Shown piece by piece: positions 10,389 to 18,091 of a stretch of DNA of 64,000 nt (its first letter is position 1; every line of letters begins with the position of its first letter). The position numbers and the translations under genes are program-made. The stretch is taken from contig JAFASX010000025.1 of NCBI GenBank assembly GCA_019244295.1, positions 12,478-76,477 on the forward strand. The letters run 5' to 3'. Source of the DNA: Pseudonocardia sp. (GTDB lineage Bacteria > Actinomycetota > Actinomycetes > Mycobacteriales > Pseudonocardiaceae). A model generated the notes under the pieces. It worked only from the letters and a program-made list of their open reading frames with translations, made no database searches and had not been told where the DNA came from.

Positions 10389-10763
10389 TTAGGGCCTACC
10401 CGCCGCCCACACCTCACGCAGTAGCTCCGCCACCTTGGTGGTGATCGCCGTCTCGGGCTGAAAACCCAGCGCCGAGCCGCGCAGCGCCCGCGGCACCCTC
10501 AGGTCCCCTGGAAGCACATGTCGCCCTGGTGCATGGGTCAAGAACTGATGGAATTGGCATCGCTGGTCGGTGTGCTCGACCAGGGTACGAGGCCCACTCG
10601 GGTCGATCTCCTCGTACGGCGCACTCGGATCACCAGCGAGATACACCAGCTGGTCGTCACACAGCCGGCATTTGCCTCGGTCGCGCACGCGTGGGCCACC
10701 CGACGGTGGTGGCAGCGATCCCGCCGGCTGCCAGACGCAGTGCGCCACGGTCGAGCTGTTCAC
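10389..10763 (-). CDS. Hypothetical protein with CxxC plus H-x4-C (possible Zn-binding, mobile-element type)
   Basis: 124-aa ORF with KCRLCDDQLVY...LVEHTDQRCQFHQF, co-oriented with the TA pair upstream. Confidence 0.35.
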   Translation of the reverse strand: MNSSTVAHCVWQPAGSLPPPSGGPRVRDRGKCRLCDDQLVYLAGDPSAPYEEIDPSGPRTLVEHTDQRCQFHQFLTHAPGRHVLPGDLRVPRALRGSALGFQPETAITTKVAELLREVWAAGRP

Positions 10764-11058
10764 TCAACGATCAGCAAACCGTATCGTCAGTGACCGGCTC
10801 GCTGCCGAACGGAAGGTGCGCACGATGTCAGGGCCCCTCCGCGCGGCGAGCCGCCGTCCGGCCCGGAGACCCGGCCGTTCGCGCTGCGATGGCTGGTCGA
10901 GATGAGGGTACCGACGCCGAGCGACGTCGTATCAGTATTGCCCGGTGCGGCAGGTCGTGGTGCACGTACACACCGGTGAGCCCCGGCCACCGGTCACGAA
11001 GCCAGCCACGATCAGCCACGAATGACGGTCGGTGGCACTTCCCTTACCGACAGGCCAA

Positions 11059-11382
11059 CTAGAGGTCGAGCTCGTTGCGGATGGCCGAGTCGAGCAGGTC
11101 TGTCGTCTCCGGGCTCAACGCGCCGACCGGCCCTTCCAACCACGACCGATACGTGCTGGTGAGCCTGTCGGCCCTGACCCAGCCCAGCACAGGATCCCGC
11201 TCACCCAGACGCACCGCGACCAGGCTGGCCGGATCGGCCGACTCGACCGACGCCGTGAGCACCCACGGCTGATCGTCGGTGATCCGATAGATCGCGGTCA
11301 CGACCACCCGATAGGGCGTGCGGACGTCCTCCTCACGCACGGGCCGCTCACGCTGGAACCTCCAGACCTCCCCGCGCCTCAC
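11059..11382 (-). CDS. PemK/MazF-like type II toxin, divergent
   Basis: 107 aa; MRRGEVW start; GWVRADRLTS; VGALSPETTDLLDSAIRNELDL C-terminus typical of PemK-fold toxins; GTGA overlap with the upstream gene. Confidence 0.7.
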   Translation of the reverse strand: MRRGEVWRFQRERPVREEDVRTPYRVVVTAIYRITDDQPWVLTASVESADPASLVAVRLGERDPVLGWVRADRLTSTYRSWLEGPVGALSPETTDLLDSAIRNELDL

Positions 11383-11648
11383 GCCGCCGTGCCGTGCTGT
11401 CCACGTCGGGCCGCCGCGTCAGCCTCGGCCTCGCAACGCAACGCCAACTCGGCCTCGGCCAGACCAACACTGTTCAGGCCGAGGGCACGATCTCGAGCCG
11501 CCAACCGCCGCGCGTCCTCCTGATACATCCAGTTACGGGCGCAGCGCGCGATGTAAGGAGACAGCTCCATCCCCACCAAGGCCGCCTGTTGCCGGAACTG
11601 GACGAGCAGCCGCTCATCAACCGTGATGGTGACCTTCTGTGTGGCCAT
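11379..11648 (-). CDS. Ribbon-helix-helix (CopG/MazE-like) antitoxin
   Basis: 89 aa; MATQKVTITVDERLLVQFRQQAALVGMELSPYIARCAR is an RHH pattern; acidic/Ala-rich tail; stop overlaps the toxin start. Confidence 0.7.
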   Translation of the reverse strand: MATQKVTITVDERLLVQFRQQAALVGMELSPYIARCARNWMYQEDARRLAARDRALGLNSVGLAEAELALRCEAEADAAARRGQHGTAA

Positions 11649-11654
11649 ACCAAA

Positions 11655-11678
11655 CACCATATCGCCCGCCTGGCGATA
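11655..11678 (-). promoter_or_regulatory. Putative leaderless promoter and operator of the TA operon
   Basis: TATGGT (-10-like) lies 7 nt before the ATG at 11648. Inverted repeat tatcgcc-N5-ggcgata at 11660-11678 overlaps it. Confidence 0.5.
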
Positions 11679-11904
11679 GGTCAGCCACCGGTCATGAAGG
11701 AATGAGGCCACGGGGGCGGAATCGGCCGACTCCGCCCGCACCCATGTCCAGGTCCAATGTGCGCGAGCCCTCGGACAGGGCAAACGGCGGCCCGCTCCAA
11801 TCGAATCCAGTACAGATTTTCGTCTCCCCTTTCCGCCCCTCTAGCGTGCCGGTGAATCCTGCGGGGCGCGTCCGGGCCCGACCCCCGTGAAGGACGGCGC
11901 ACGC

Positions 11905-12370
11905 GTGGCTGACCGCGGGTGTACCTGCGGCACTCCACCGACAAACAGACCGACGCCCGCCAGTGACACGCCTGACCGCCATGCTGGCCACCGGCGCCCC
12001 CGTCTACGAGGACCCCGCCACGTCCAGCCGCAAGCAGTCCTTGAACCGCGCCGGGTTCACCAAAGCTGCTGCACAAGGCGGCCGTCGGCGACACTATCCG
12101 CATCGCCGACGCCGCCCGCCTGTTCCGATCCGTCGCCGACATCCTCGCCCTGCGCCCGCTGCTCATCCGCCGCGGCCTGCACCCGCGCGTGGAGTCTGGA
12201 CTACTGTCGGGCATCGACCTCGCCAGCGAAGATCCCGGCACCAAGATGATGGTCTCCGTGCTAGCGGCCGTCCTGGAGTTCCAGCGCGACATGATCAGCG
12301 AGAACACCCGTGAGGGCGTCGCGGCCGCCCAAGCCGCCGGCAAAACCCTCGGCCGGCCCCGCCGCCGTTC
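11905..12370 (+). pseudogene. Serine recombinase (resolvase/invertase) pseudogene
   Basis: Across frames: VYLRHSTDKQTDARQ*(TGA) / LTAMLATGAPVYEDPATSS / KLLHKAAVGDTIRIADAARLFRSVADIL / MMVSVLAAVLEFQRDMISENTREGVAAAQAAGKTLGRP. Contains a stop and at least 2 frameshifts; the C-terminal HTH is missing. Confidence 0.85.
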
Positions 12371-12420
12371 GTGCCGTCGGGCGTGTCTGCGGCTGTGTGT
12401 GATGCAGCTGGGATATTCCC

Positions 12421-12474
12421 CCCAGCGGCTTCGGTTGCTGGGTACAGGCCCCGCCCCGACGGGGCCTGTGCTTT
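12421..12474 (+). terminator. Twin hairpins (C-UUCG-G hairpin followed by a 10-bp GC stem and a short T run)
   Basis: cccagcggc-ttcg-gttgctggg (12421-42); acaggccccg-ccccga-cggggcctgt (12444-69), followed by gcttt. Confidence 0.55.
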
Positions 12475-12527
12475 CGGCGGTCGTGTTCGCGTCGTTGGCT
12501 GTAACGGGCGCCACTCGATGGGAGGTC

Positions 12528-12830
12528 GTGGTGACAGACCGGTCGAGGCAGGCATGGCTGGAGGCTCTGGACCGGGTGCGGCGGGAGCGCTTCGTGCCGG
12601 AGGTGGTCTACGAGCGGTGTCGGCCAGACCGGCTCGGCAACGACTTCGCCGCGGTGTCTCGGGCGAGTGACCCGAGGCGGTGGTGGGGGCTGGTTCGCGC
12701 CGACGCGCCGGTGATCACACAGGTAGACGACGGTCGGCCGAGCGCGGCGGGGACGGGTTTCGAGGTGACGTCCTCGGTGTCGGCGCCGGGGATCGCGGTG
12801 GACATGCTGGAGGCGTTGGACCCGGCACCG
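12528..12830 (+). pseudogene. N-terminal fragment of a protein-L-isoaspartate O-methyltransferase-like (PCMT) gene
   Basis: WLEALDRVRRERFVP...VRADAPVITQVDDG...TSSVSAPGIAVDMLEALD. Stops before the SAM-binding VLEIGTGTG motif. Confidence 0.65.
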
Positions 12831-12957
12831 GACGACTCGGCGACGCGCCGGGTGATCGTGCCGGGCTGGCCGGTGCTCGCCGCTCAACCCACCCGTTTGA
12901 AGAACATCGCCCCCGAGCTGGTGGTGGAGACCCTGCCCGGAACCCGGTGAAGCCGTC

Positions 12958-13008
12958 AAATCGGGGACGGAATCTCATCGCCAGGAGGAGATTCCGTCCC
13001 CGATTTTT
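12958..13008. terminator. Perfect 19-bp inverted repeat (11-nt loop); probable bidirectional terminator
   Basis: aaatcggggacggaatctc (12958-76) / gagattccgtccccgattt (12988-13006), continuing into TT; lies between convergent remnants. Confidence 0.7.
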
Positions 13009-13077
13009 GTGTCGGCTAGGTCCCGGTAGTCGACCCGACCCTCCTGAACGTGTCGTGAGCCGCAAATTGGGAGATCT

Positions 13078-13340
13078 TCAGACGGGGAAGCGGCGGATGG
13101 CGTCGTTGTAGGTGTTGGGCGTCGGTGAGGGGGCTTGCTGTAGACCTCCAGAGATTGCCAGCTGGCGTGGCCGCTGTAGGGCTGGATGAGGGCGTCATCG
13201 ATGCTTTGGGTTTTGAGCCAGGTGAACAGGAAGTGCCGTGGCCGGGGGGCGCCATGTTGTGGGCCTGCCCGACCGCAGCGGCGTGGCGGGCGAGTAGGGC
13301 CCGGACACTGTGAGTGGAGTAGGTTTCTTTCAGGAGCTTT
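13078..13340 (-). pseudogene. C-terminal remnant of a tyrosine recombinase/integrase
   Basis: Frameshifted pieces [23 protein letters not shown] / [34 protein letters not shown] / [10 protein letters not shown]; the catalytic RH, GH and Y pattern is visible. Confidence 0.75.
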
Positions 13341-13624
13341 CGAACAGGTGAGCGCCTCCGGTCTTGCGGCGGCCGCCTGGCAGTCAGCTCGTCCACCCCG
13401 GCCACTTCGGCGTACAACGTCAGGATCTCGGCCCGGGCCAGAGACGGGACCAACAGCGTCAGACCCGAAGACGGGCGACACCGGCCCACTCGCTGCAGCT
13501 CGGGACATACACGTTCAGATACAACCGATCGATCGCTCGAACACCACATGATCAGCGAGAACATCCCCGGCACAACGCGGTAACGTCATCAACGGCTCCG
13601 GTCGTACACAGGCCACAAGGCCAC

Positions 13625-13901
13625 CTACCGCCAACGGCGGTCCATACCGGGACACAGCGTGTCACCGCAACGATCCGACCGGAGCCCCGGGCCGTCTGCT
13701 CTTGTCGTCTTGGCGTACCCAGCCCGCAACGTCTCCGGGTTCAACCCCAACTGGGTGGCCACCCGGGCGACCGCCCCACGCCCAGACTCGTGCTTACGTT
13801 CCAGCTCACGCACCATCCCCACCACGCGCTGCGTCAACTCCACCGGGTGCTTCGTCACCACTGCCATGCCCATGATCCTTCCCAGAACCTAGGGCCTCCA
13901 C
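13625..13901 (-). mobile_element. IS3-family left-end/orfA remnant
   Basis: MAVVTKHPVELTQRVVGMVRELERKHESGRGAVARVATQLGLNPETLR matches the IS3 OrfA HTH pattern, preceded by GGTGGAGGCCCTAGGTTCTGGGAAGGATC. Terminal IR and orfB are absent. Confidence 0.75.
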
Positions 13902-14099
13902 CTGTTGAATGAGCAGCGCCACTTGCTCGGCATTCAGAGTCAGAGCGTGTGATGAGGATGAGATCGCCTTACTGGCCGGCGCTATGATCTTGATCGCCCC
14001 CTCGCGCGAACGGCCTCGGCGAATCCAGGCGGCAAGGGCGCCAGCGAGAGTAAACAACGCGCCACCGCTTCCAAGCGCAACAACAAGTTGAAAGATCAT
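13902..14099 (-). pseudogene. EACC1-like (effector-associated constant component 1) small TM protein fragment, joined to the IS3 remnant
   Basis: QLVVALGSGGALFTLAGALAAWIRRGRS...IKIIAP resembles the C-terminal half of EACC1. ATG overlaps the upstream stop (ATGA); the reading frame runs into IS sequence at about 13901. Confidence 0.5.
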
Positions 14100-14482
14100 C
14101 GTCCTGCCGCCGTTCCGATCGATAGGCCACTAGCCACCAGCGTCACGGGGAAAAGCCACGTAGACACCGCCACCACCATCCCTGGCAATGAGGTCCCTAC
14201 AAGCATGTAACCCATCGTGTTGGCAGCGAACATCGCGAAGCATCCGAAGCCGGAGAAGATGACGGTTAAACTTCGTTCACCCCGATAAACTGCGGCCATG
14301 AGCTCACCCAACGCGCCGGCCGACAATACGGCTGACACGACAAAGAGTTCGCCGCCGATCAGTACTTCGCGTAGGTCTAACTGGTTTGCGACCATCAACT
14401 CGCGGAAGCCAACGACGATCAATGGAAGCAAACCGAATATGACACCGAAAAGTACCCACACTACAAGTCGGATTACAACCAT
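14096..14482 (-). CDS. Hypothetical 4-TM membrane protein (128 aa)
   Basis: Four hydrophobic segments from MVVIRLVVWVLFG to LVASGLSIG; AT-richer than flanks; this is only the last 128 aa of the 418-aa track ORF. Confidence 0.65.
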   Translation of the reverse strand: MVVIRLVVWVLFGVIFGLLPLIVVGFRELMVANQLDLREVLIGGELFVVSAVLSAGALGELMAAVYRGERSLTVIFSGFGCFAMFAANTMGYMLVGTSLPGMVVAVSTWLFPVTLVASGLSIGTAAGR

Positions 14483-14641
14483 CCCCGGGGCGCTGTCGGC
14501 GGCTGCACGCCGATGTGGGTGACCGAAGAAAGTCCCGCCGCCGCGATAGCGAACGCTGGGGACGTCCGGAGAAGTCCGGAGGCGTGGCTCACACCCCCGT
14601 CGTGCGTGGGAAGACTGAGCCGCTGACCGAAGGTGAACATC

Positions 14642-14663
14642 GCCAGATGGCGTAGCATCTGGC
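14642..14663. promoter_or_regulatory. Inverted repeat overlapping a TAGCAT -10-like hexamer; candidate operator of the XRE gene
   Basis: gccagatg-gcgtag-catctggc (8-bp arms); TAGCAT at 14653-58. Confidence 0.45.
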
Positions 14664-14737
14664 TCGTCGGTGACCCCGGAGCCGCGCTGGCAGGCTACGG
14701 CCCCGGGAGTCGTTGGCCGAGAGATGGGATCTCGGAC

Positions 14738-16225
14738 ATGGCAGAGGGTAGCGCGCGCCGTGACGGGGGCACTGGCGGCGAGCCCACCCTGCTCAAGGCG
14801 TTGCTGCGCGAACGACACTGGCAGACCTACCGGCGGTTCCGCAGGGAGTACACCAAGGCGGCCGCCAAGCTGGACAAAGAACTCGCCGAAACGTGCCCGA
14901 GCGACAGCACGTACCGGCGCTGGCTTAGCGGCAGAATCGGCGGCATCCCCCGCGCGGAGCCTTGCGCCGTGCTTGAAGAGATGTTCCCCGGTTACACGGC
15001 CGAGCAGCTGTTCGAGCCGTACCAGGGCGACGCTCCGGACGCGAGCAGCGCCCAAGGTGATCTGATACCCGTACAGCTCGTCAGCGCCGACGGGCCTCCC
15101 GTTGCCGCCTGGCACGACCAGAGCATCACCGTGCCAACCACACCCGGACCTGCCGAGAGATACCCCGGTGCCCCGAGCGGAACGGATGAGGAGGCGGAGG
15201 ACGTGAATCGGAAAGAGTTCCTGGCCGGCCTGGTAGCCGCCATAGCAGCGCCCGGGCTGGTGCTGTCCAGCTCCGAGCCGAGCCGCATCGGCGCGGCGGA
15301 GGTAGCTCGATATCGGCGGAATCTCACGCGGCTGTACGCATTGGATGATCACTACGGGGGGACCGGTGAGGTCTACGGCCTGACGGTGCGGTCACTGCGG
15401 AACCTCATGCGCGTTCTCGAATCCTCGTCCTACTCGACCGACGTCGGAAATGAGCTTCGGTCCATCGCCGGTGAAGTCATGGAGCACGCCGGATGGCTGG
15501 CGTTCGACGCCGGCCACCATCACGACGCCCGCTACTGGTGGCTGGAGGCCCTGCACGCCGCGCGGATGACCAACGACACCCGGGCCGAGGTCCTTGTGCT
15601 CGCCTCGATGTCGTGCGCCGCGAGTTATCACGGCCGCAGCCGCGAGGCAGCCGATCTCGCCACGACGGCGGCTCAGATTGCGCGGCGCGACCAGCCCAGC
15701 CCGCGCCTGCTGTCCCTTCTCGCGGCGCGCGAAGCCCTCGGCCATGCCTACGCTGGCGACCGCGACGCATCCCGACGAGCGCTTGACCAGGCGCACACCG
15801 ACCTGCACCAGGAGGGCCGACACGATGCCGATCCGCCCTGGCTGAGCTTCTGGGGACCGTCCGACCTGGCAAGCCACGCCAGCCGCGCGGCCCACAGACT
15901 GGGCGACCTCCCGGCGGCCGAACGCAGCGCACGCGAAGCGTTGGTGACCGTCGACCCAGCGCGCTATCCGCGTAACCAGGCGCTCTACCAGGCCAACCTC
16001 GGCGCGGTGCTCATCGCGCGGCGAAACCTCGACGAGGGCCTGCCGCTGGTTGCCGGCGCCGCGCTACAGAGCGCCGATATCAACTCCGCGAGGCTGGCCA
16101 CCAAGGTGCAGAGTGTGATCGTCGACCTTCAAGCCAGCCACGGAGACACTCCGGCTGTGCGCGATCTCGCCGAGTGGACAACCAACCATCTCTCGTCCCC
16201 CTCCCCATGGCCGACCACGATCTAA
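14738..16225 (+). CDS. Actinobacterial XRE-like HTH regulator with a large C-terminal helical/TPR-like domain
   Basis: LLKALLRERHWQTY...SDSTYRRWLSG...P..EPCAVLEEMFPG HTH region; internal EDVNRKEFLAG; IGAAEV...LYALDDHYGG; AGWLAFDAG; YPRNQALY. Confidence 0.85.
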   Translation: MAEGSARRDGGTGGEPTLLKALLRERHWQTYRRFRREYTKAAAKLDKELAETCPSDSTYRRWLSGRIGGIPRAEPCAVLEEMFPGYTAEQLFEPYQGDAPDASSAQGDLIPVQLVSADGPPVAAWHDQSITVPTTPGPAERYPGAPSGTDEEAEDVNRKEFLAGLVAAIAAPGLVLSSSEPSRIGAAEVARYRRNLTRLYALDDHYGGTGEVYGLTVRSLRNLMRVLESSSYSTDVGNELRSIAGEVMEHAGWLAFDAGHHHDARYWWLEALHAARMTNDTRAEVLVLASMSCAASYHGRSREAADLATTAAQIARRDQPSPRLLSLLAAREALGHAYAGDRDASRRALDQAHTDLHQEGRHDADPPWLSFWGPSDLASHASRAAHRLGDLPAAERSAREALVTVDPARYPRNQALYQANLGAVLIARRNLDEGLPLVAGAALQSADINSARLATKVQSVIVDLQASHGDTPAVRDLAEWTTNHLSSPSPWPTTI

Positions 16226-16237
16226 GCGACCCGCACC

Positions 16238-16798
16238 GTGACGAACACATATCTCCACAATGTCACCATCACACAACCGACGGGCGATCCCGACAAGCTG
16301 CGAGCAACCATCCAGCCCCTCTACACCGAGGTCTACGCCGAGCCACCGTACGAGGAGGGGCCGGCCGAGATTCAGGAATTCGTCGATCGGTGGAACTACC
16401 AGGCACGCCAGCCCGGATTCCGTCTCGTCCTCGCCCATGACAACATGAGTGGCGCGCTGATCGGCTTCTGCTTCGGATACCCGCTCAGGGCCACGACCCG
16501 CTGGTGGAAAGGCATGCTCGACTCGGTCGACCCCGCCGTTACCGTCGAAGACGGACACCGAAGCTTTGCCATTATCGAGCTTGCCGTGCGTGCCGACCGC
16601 CGACGTGAGGGCATTGGCCGAATGCTGCACGACACCCTGCTCGACGGGTGCGACCGACCGCGCGCGGTGCTGCTCGCCCGCCCCGAAGCCACACCCGCGC
16701 TCGCCGCGTACGCCAGCTGGGGATACCGGAACCACGGCCGGCTCCAGCCAGGCGCCCAGGCGCCCGTCTACCTCGCCTTGACCCACGACCTCACATAG
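16238..16798 (+). CDS. GNAT family N-acetyltransferase
   Basis: LYTEVYAEPPY; PGFRLVLA; IGFCFGYPL; FAIIELAVRADRRREGIGRMLHDTLL (acetyl-CoA motif A); PALAAYASWGY. Confidence 0.9.
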   Translation: MTNTYLHNVTITQPTGDPDKLRATIQPLYTEVYAEPPYEEGPAEIQEFVDRWNYQARQPGFRLVLAHDNMSGALIGFCFGYPLRATTRWWKGMLDSVDPAVTVEDGHRSFAIIELAVRADRRREGIGRMLHDTLLDGCDRPRAVLLARPEATPALAAYASWGYRNHGRLQPGAQAPVYLALTHDLT

Positions 16799-16844
16799 CG
16801 AGCGCTAGTCACAGGTGGCGCACACGGTCCCCGGACGCACAGGG

Positions 16845-16885
16845 CATGACGAGGTCATGACCGCATGTGACCGCACATGACCGCC
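16845..16885 (+). repeat. Helically phased TGACC repeats (about 10-bp period)
   Basis: catgacgagg (16845), catgaccgca (16856), tgtgaccgca (16866), catgaccgcc (16876). Confidence 0.7.
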
Positions 16886-16930
16886 GGGTGGTCTGGAAAC
16901 AGCAGCCGGATCTAGGCGACCGTTAGCAGC

Positions 16931-17044
16931 GTGACCGACTACGGAGAGTTGTCCTGGCGGGACTGGGTGTCCTACTATTTCGCGCGCTGGCGCACCCGGC
17001 GAGCTCAGCGACGGGCGAAACCGCGCCGGCGGGCCGCGCGGTGA
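16931..17044 (+). CDS. Unannotated 37-aa small ORF, aromatic then Arg-rich
   Basis: [37 protein letters not shown]; the stop overlaps the GTG of the 17041 ORF (GTGA). Confidence 0.4.
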   Translation: MTDYGELSWRDWVSYYFARWRTRRAQRRAKPRRRAAR

Positions 17045-17371
17045 GCTGCCGGTGCGGTCTCCCCATTAAGCCCCCGGCCGGGGTGAAGTGGTGGCGGCCG
17101 GACCCGGATGTCGACCCGAGCCCGGGCGTCGCCGCCATGGTCCGCTACCGAAGACCCCACCCTTCGGCGTGCCCCCCGCGTGGAGGACGGGTAGATCGAG
17201 CGCGGCGCGCTGGTGGCGAGCGCCGTTTCGATCACGAATCGCTGGCACCGTTCAACTGGAGCTTGTGGTTTGCTTCCGCGATAGGGAATGTGTACCTCCA
17301 GGCTACCCTTTGGTTCCGGCGAGACGACCCAGCCCGCGAGGGTAGCGCAAGCAGGCCTGGGAGGGTCGCCG

Positions 17372-18091
17372 TCAGGGCGACGGCGGTACGGGGCCGTCGT
17401 CGGGAACCGGGCCGACCAGCTCGGTTTGCTCGGGCAGCAACGGTGTCAGGGCTACCCCGGTCTCCGGCGTACCGACTGGGGCCGCGTCCACCGCCCGCAC
17501 TCCTGGACGCGCGGCCAACCGATCCAGCCCGGCGTGATCGGCGCTGACCAGCACCGCGAGCACACAGCCGCACCCGGGACGGCTCAGCGCGGCCGCTTCA
17601 GCGGTGGCTATCTGGGCCGGGCGACTGGTCAGCCGGACGGTATCCGCGGCGGCGGCACGCGCGGCGGCCGCTTGGGCCAGCATGAGCTGGCGACGGACCG
17701 CCACCGCTGGGTCAGCGTCGTCCACCGGGGTCAGCCGTTGGAAGCGCAGCGCGGTCTGTACCCGGGGCAACGGCACCCGAAGCACCGCAGTGATCGGTCG
17801 CGTACCAGCGACCAGCGCGGCGGCCGTTGATGTATCGAGCTCGGTGCTGAGCTCGACCAGCGCCGGCACCGCTGGCCCACCCACCGGCGGCAACTTCACC
17901 GGCAGCCCGGTCAGATACGCCGCGACCGGCTGACCTGGCAAGGGACCCAATCGAACCGCGTCCGAGGAGCGGGACACGGACCCAGCGCCGAGTATGGACT
18001 GGCAACCAGCCAGCCAGGCCACCATCAGCAGCACTATCAGACAGGCCGCCAACGCCGCCAGATTTCGGTGTCCCAGCCGCAGGCGGCTCAC
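17372..18091 (-). CDS. Hypothetical exported/lipoprotein-like protein coupled to the rluA-family gene
   Basis: GTGA overlap with the upstream stop; N-terminal basic-hydrophobic segment ending LAGC; [15 protein letters not shown]; PLLPEQT. Confidence 0.7.
   Translation of the reverse strand: MSRLRLGHRNLAALAACLIVLLMVAWLAGCQSILGAGSVSRSSDAVRLGPLPGQPVAAYLTGLPVKLPPVGGPAVPALVELSTELDTSTAAALVAGTRPITAVLRVPLPRVQTALRFQRLTPVDDADPAVAVRRQLMLAQAAAARAAAADTVRLTSRPAQIATAEAAALSRPGCGCVLAVLVSADHAGLDRLAARPGVRAVDAAPVGTPETGVALTPLLPEQTELVGPVPDDGPVPPSP

Noticed and set aside
12189-12950. 253-aa ORF as a novel recombinase-methyltransferase fusion
   Set aside because: Both halves are truncated and separated by terminator-like hairpins; read-through is most simply accidental.
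13510-13565. GAAC/GTTC half-sites resembling an SOS box
   Set aside because: No correctly spaced GAAC-N4-GTTC palindrome.
14096-15352. 418-aa minus-strand ORF
   Set aside because: The N-terminal ~290 codons overlap the XRE gene antisense; only 14096-14482 looks protein-like.
16219-16921. 13-bp near-direct repeat (gatctaagcgacc at 16219 / gatctaggcgacc at 16909) flanking the GNAT gene
   Set aside because: Short with one mismatch and no associated mobility gene; cannot be distinguished from chance without comparative data.
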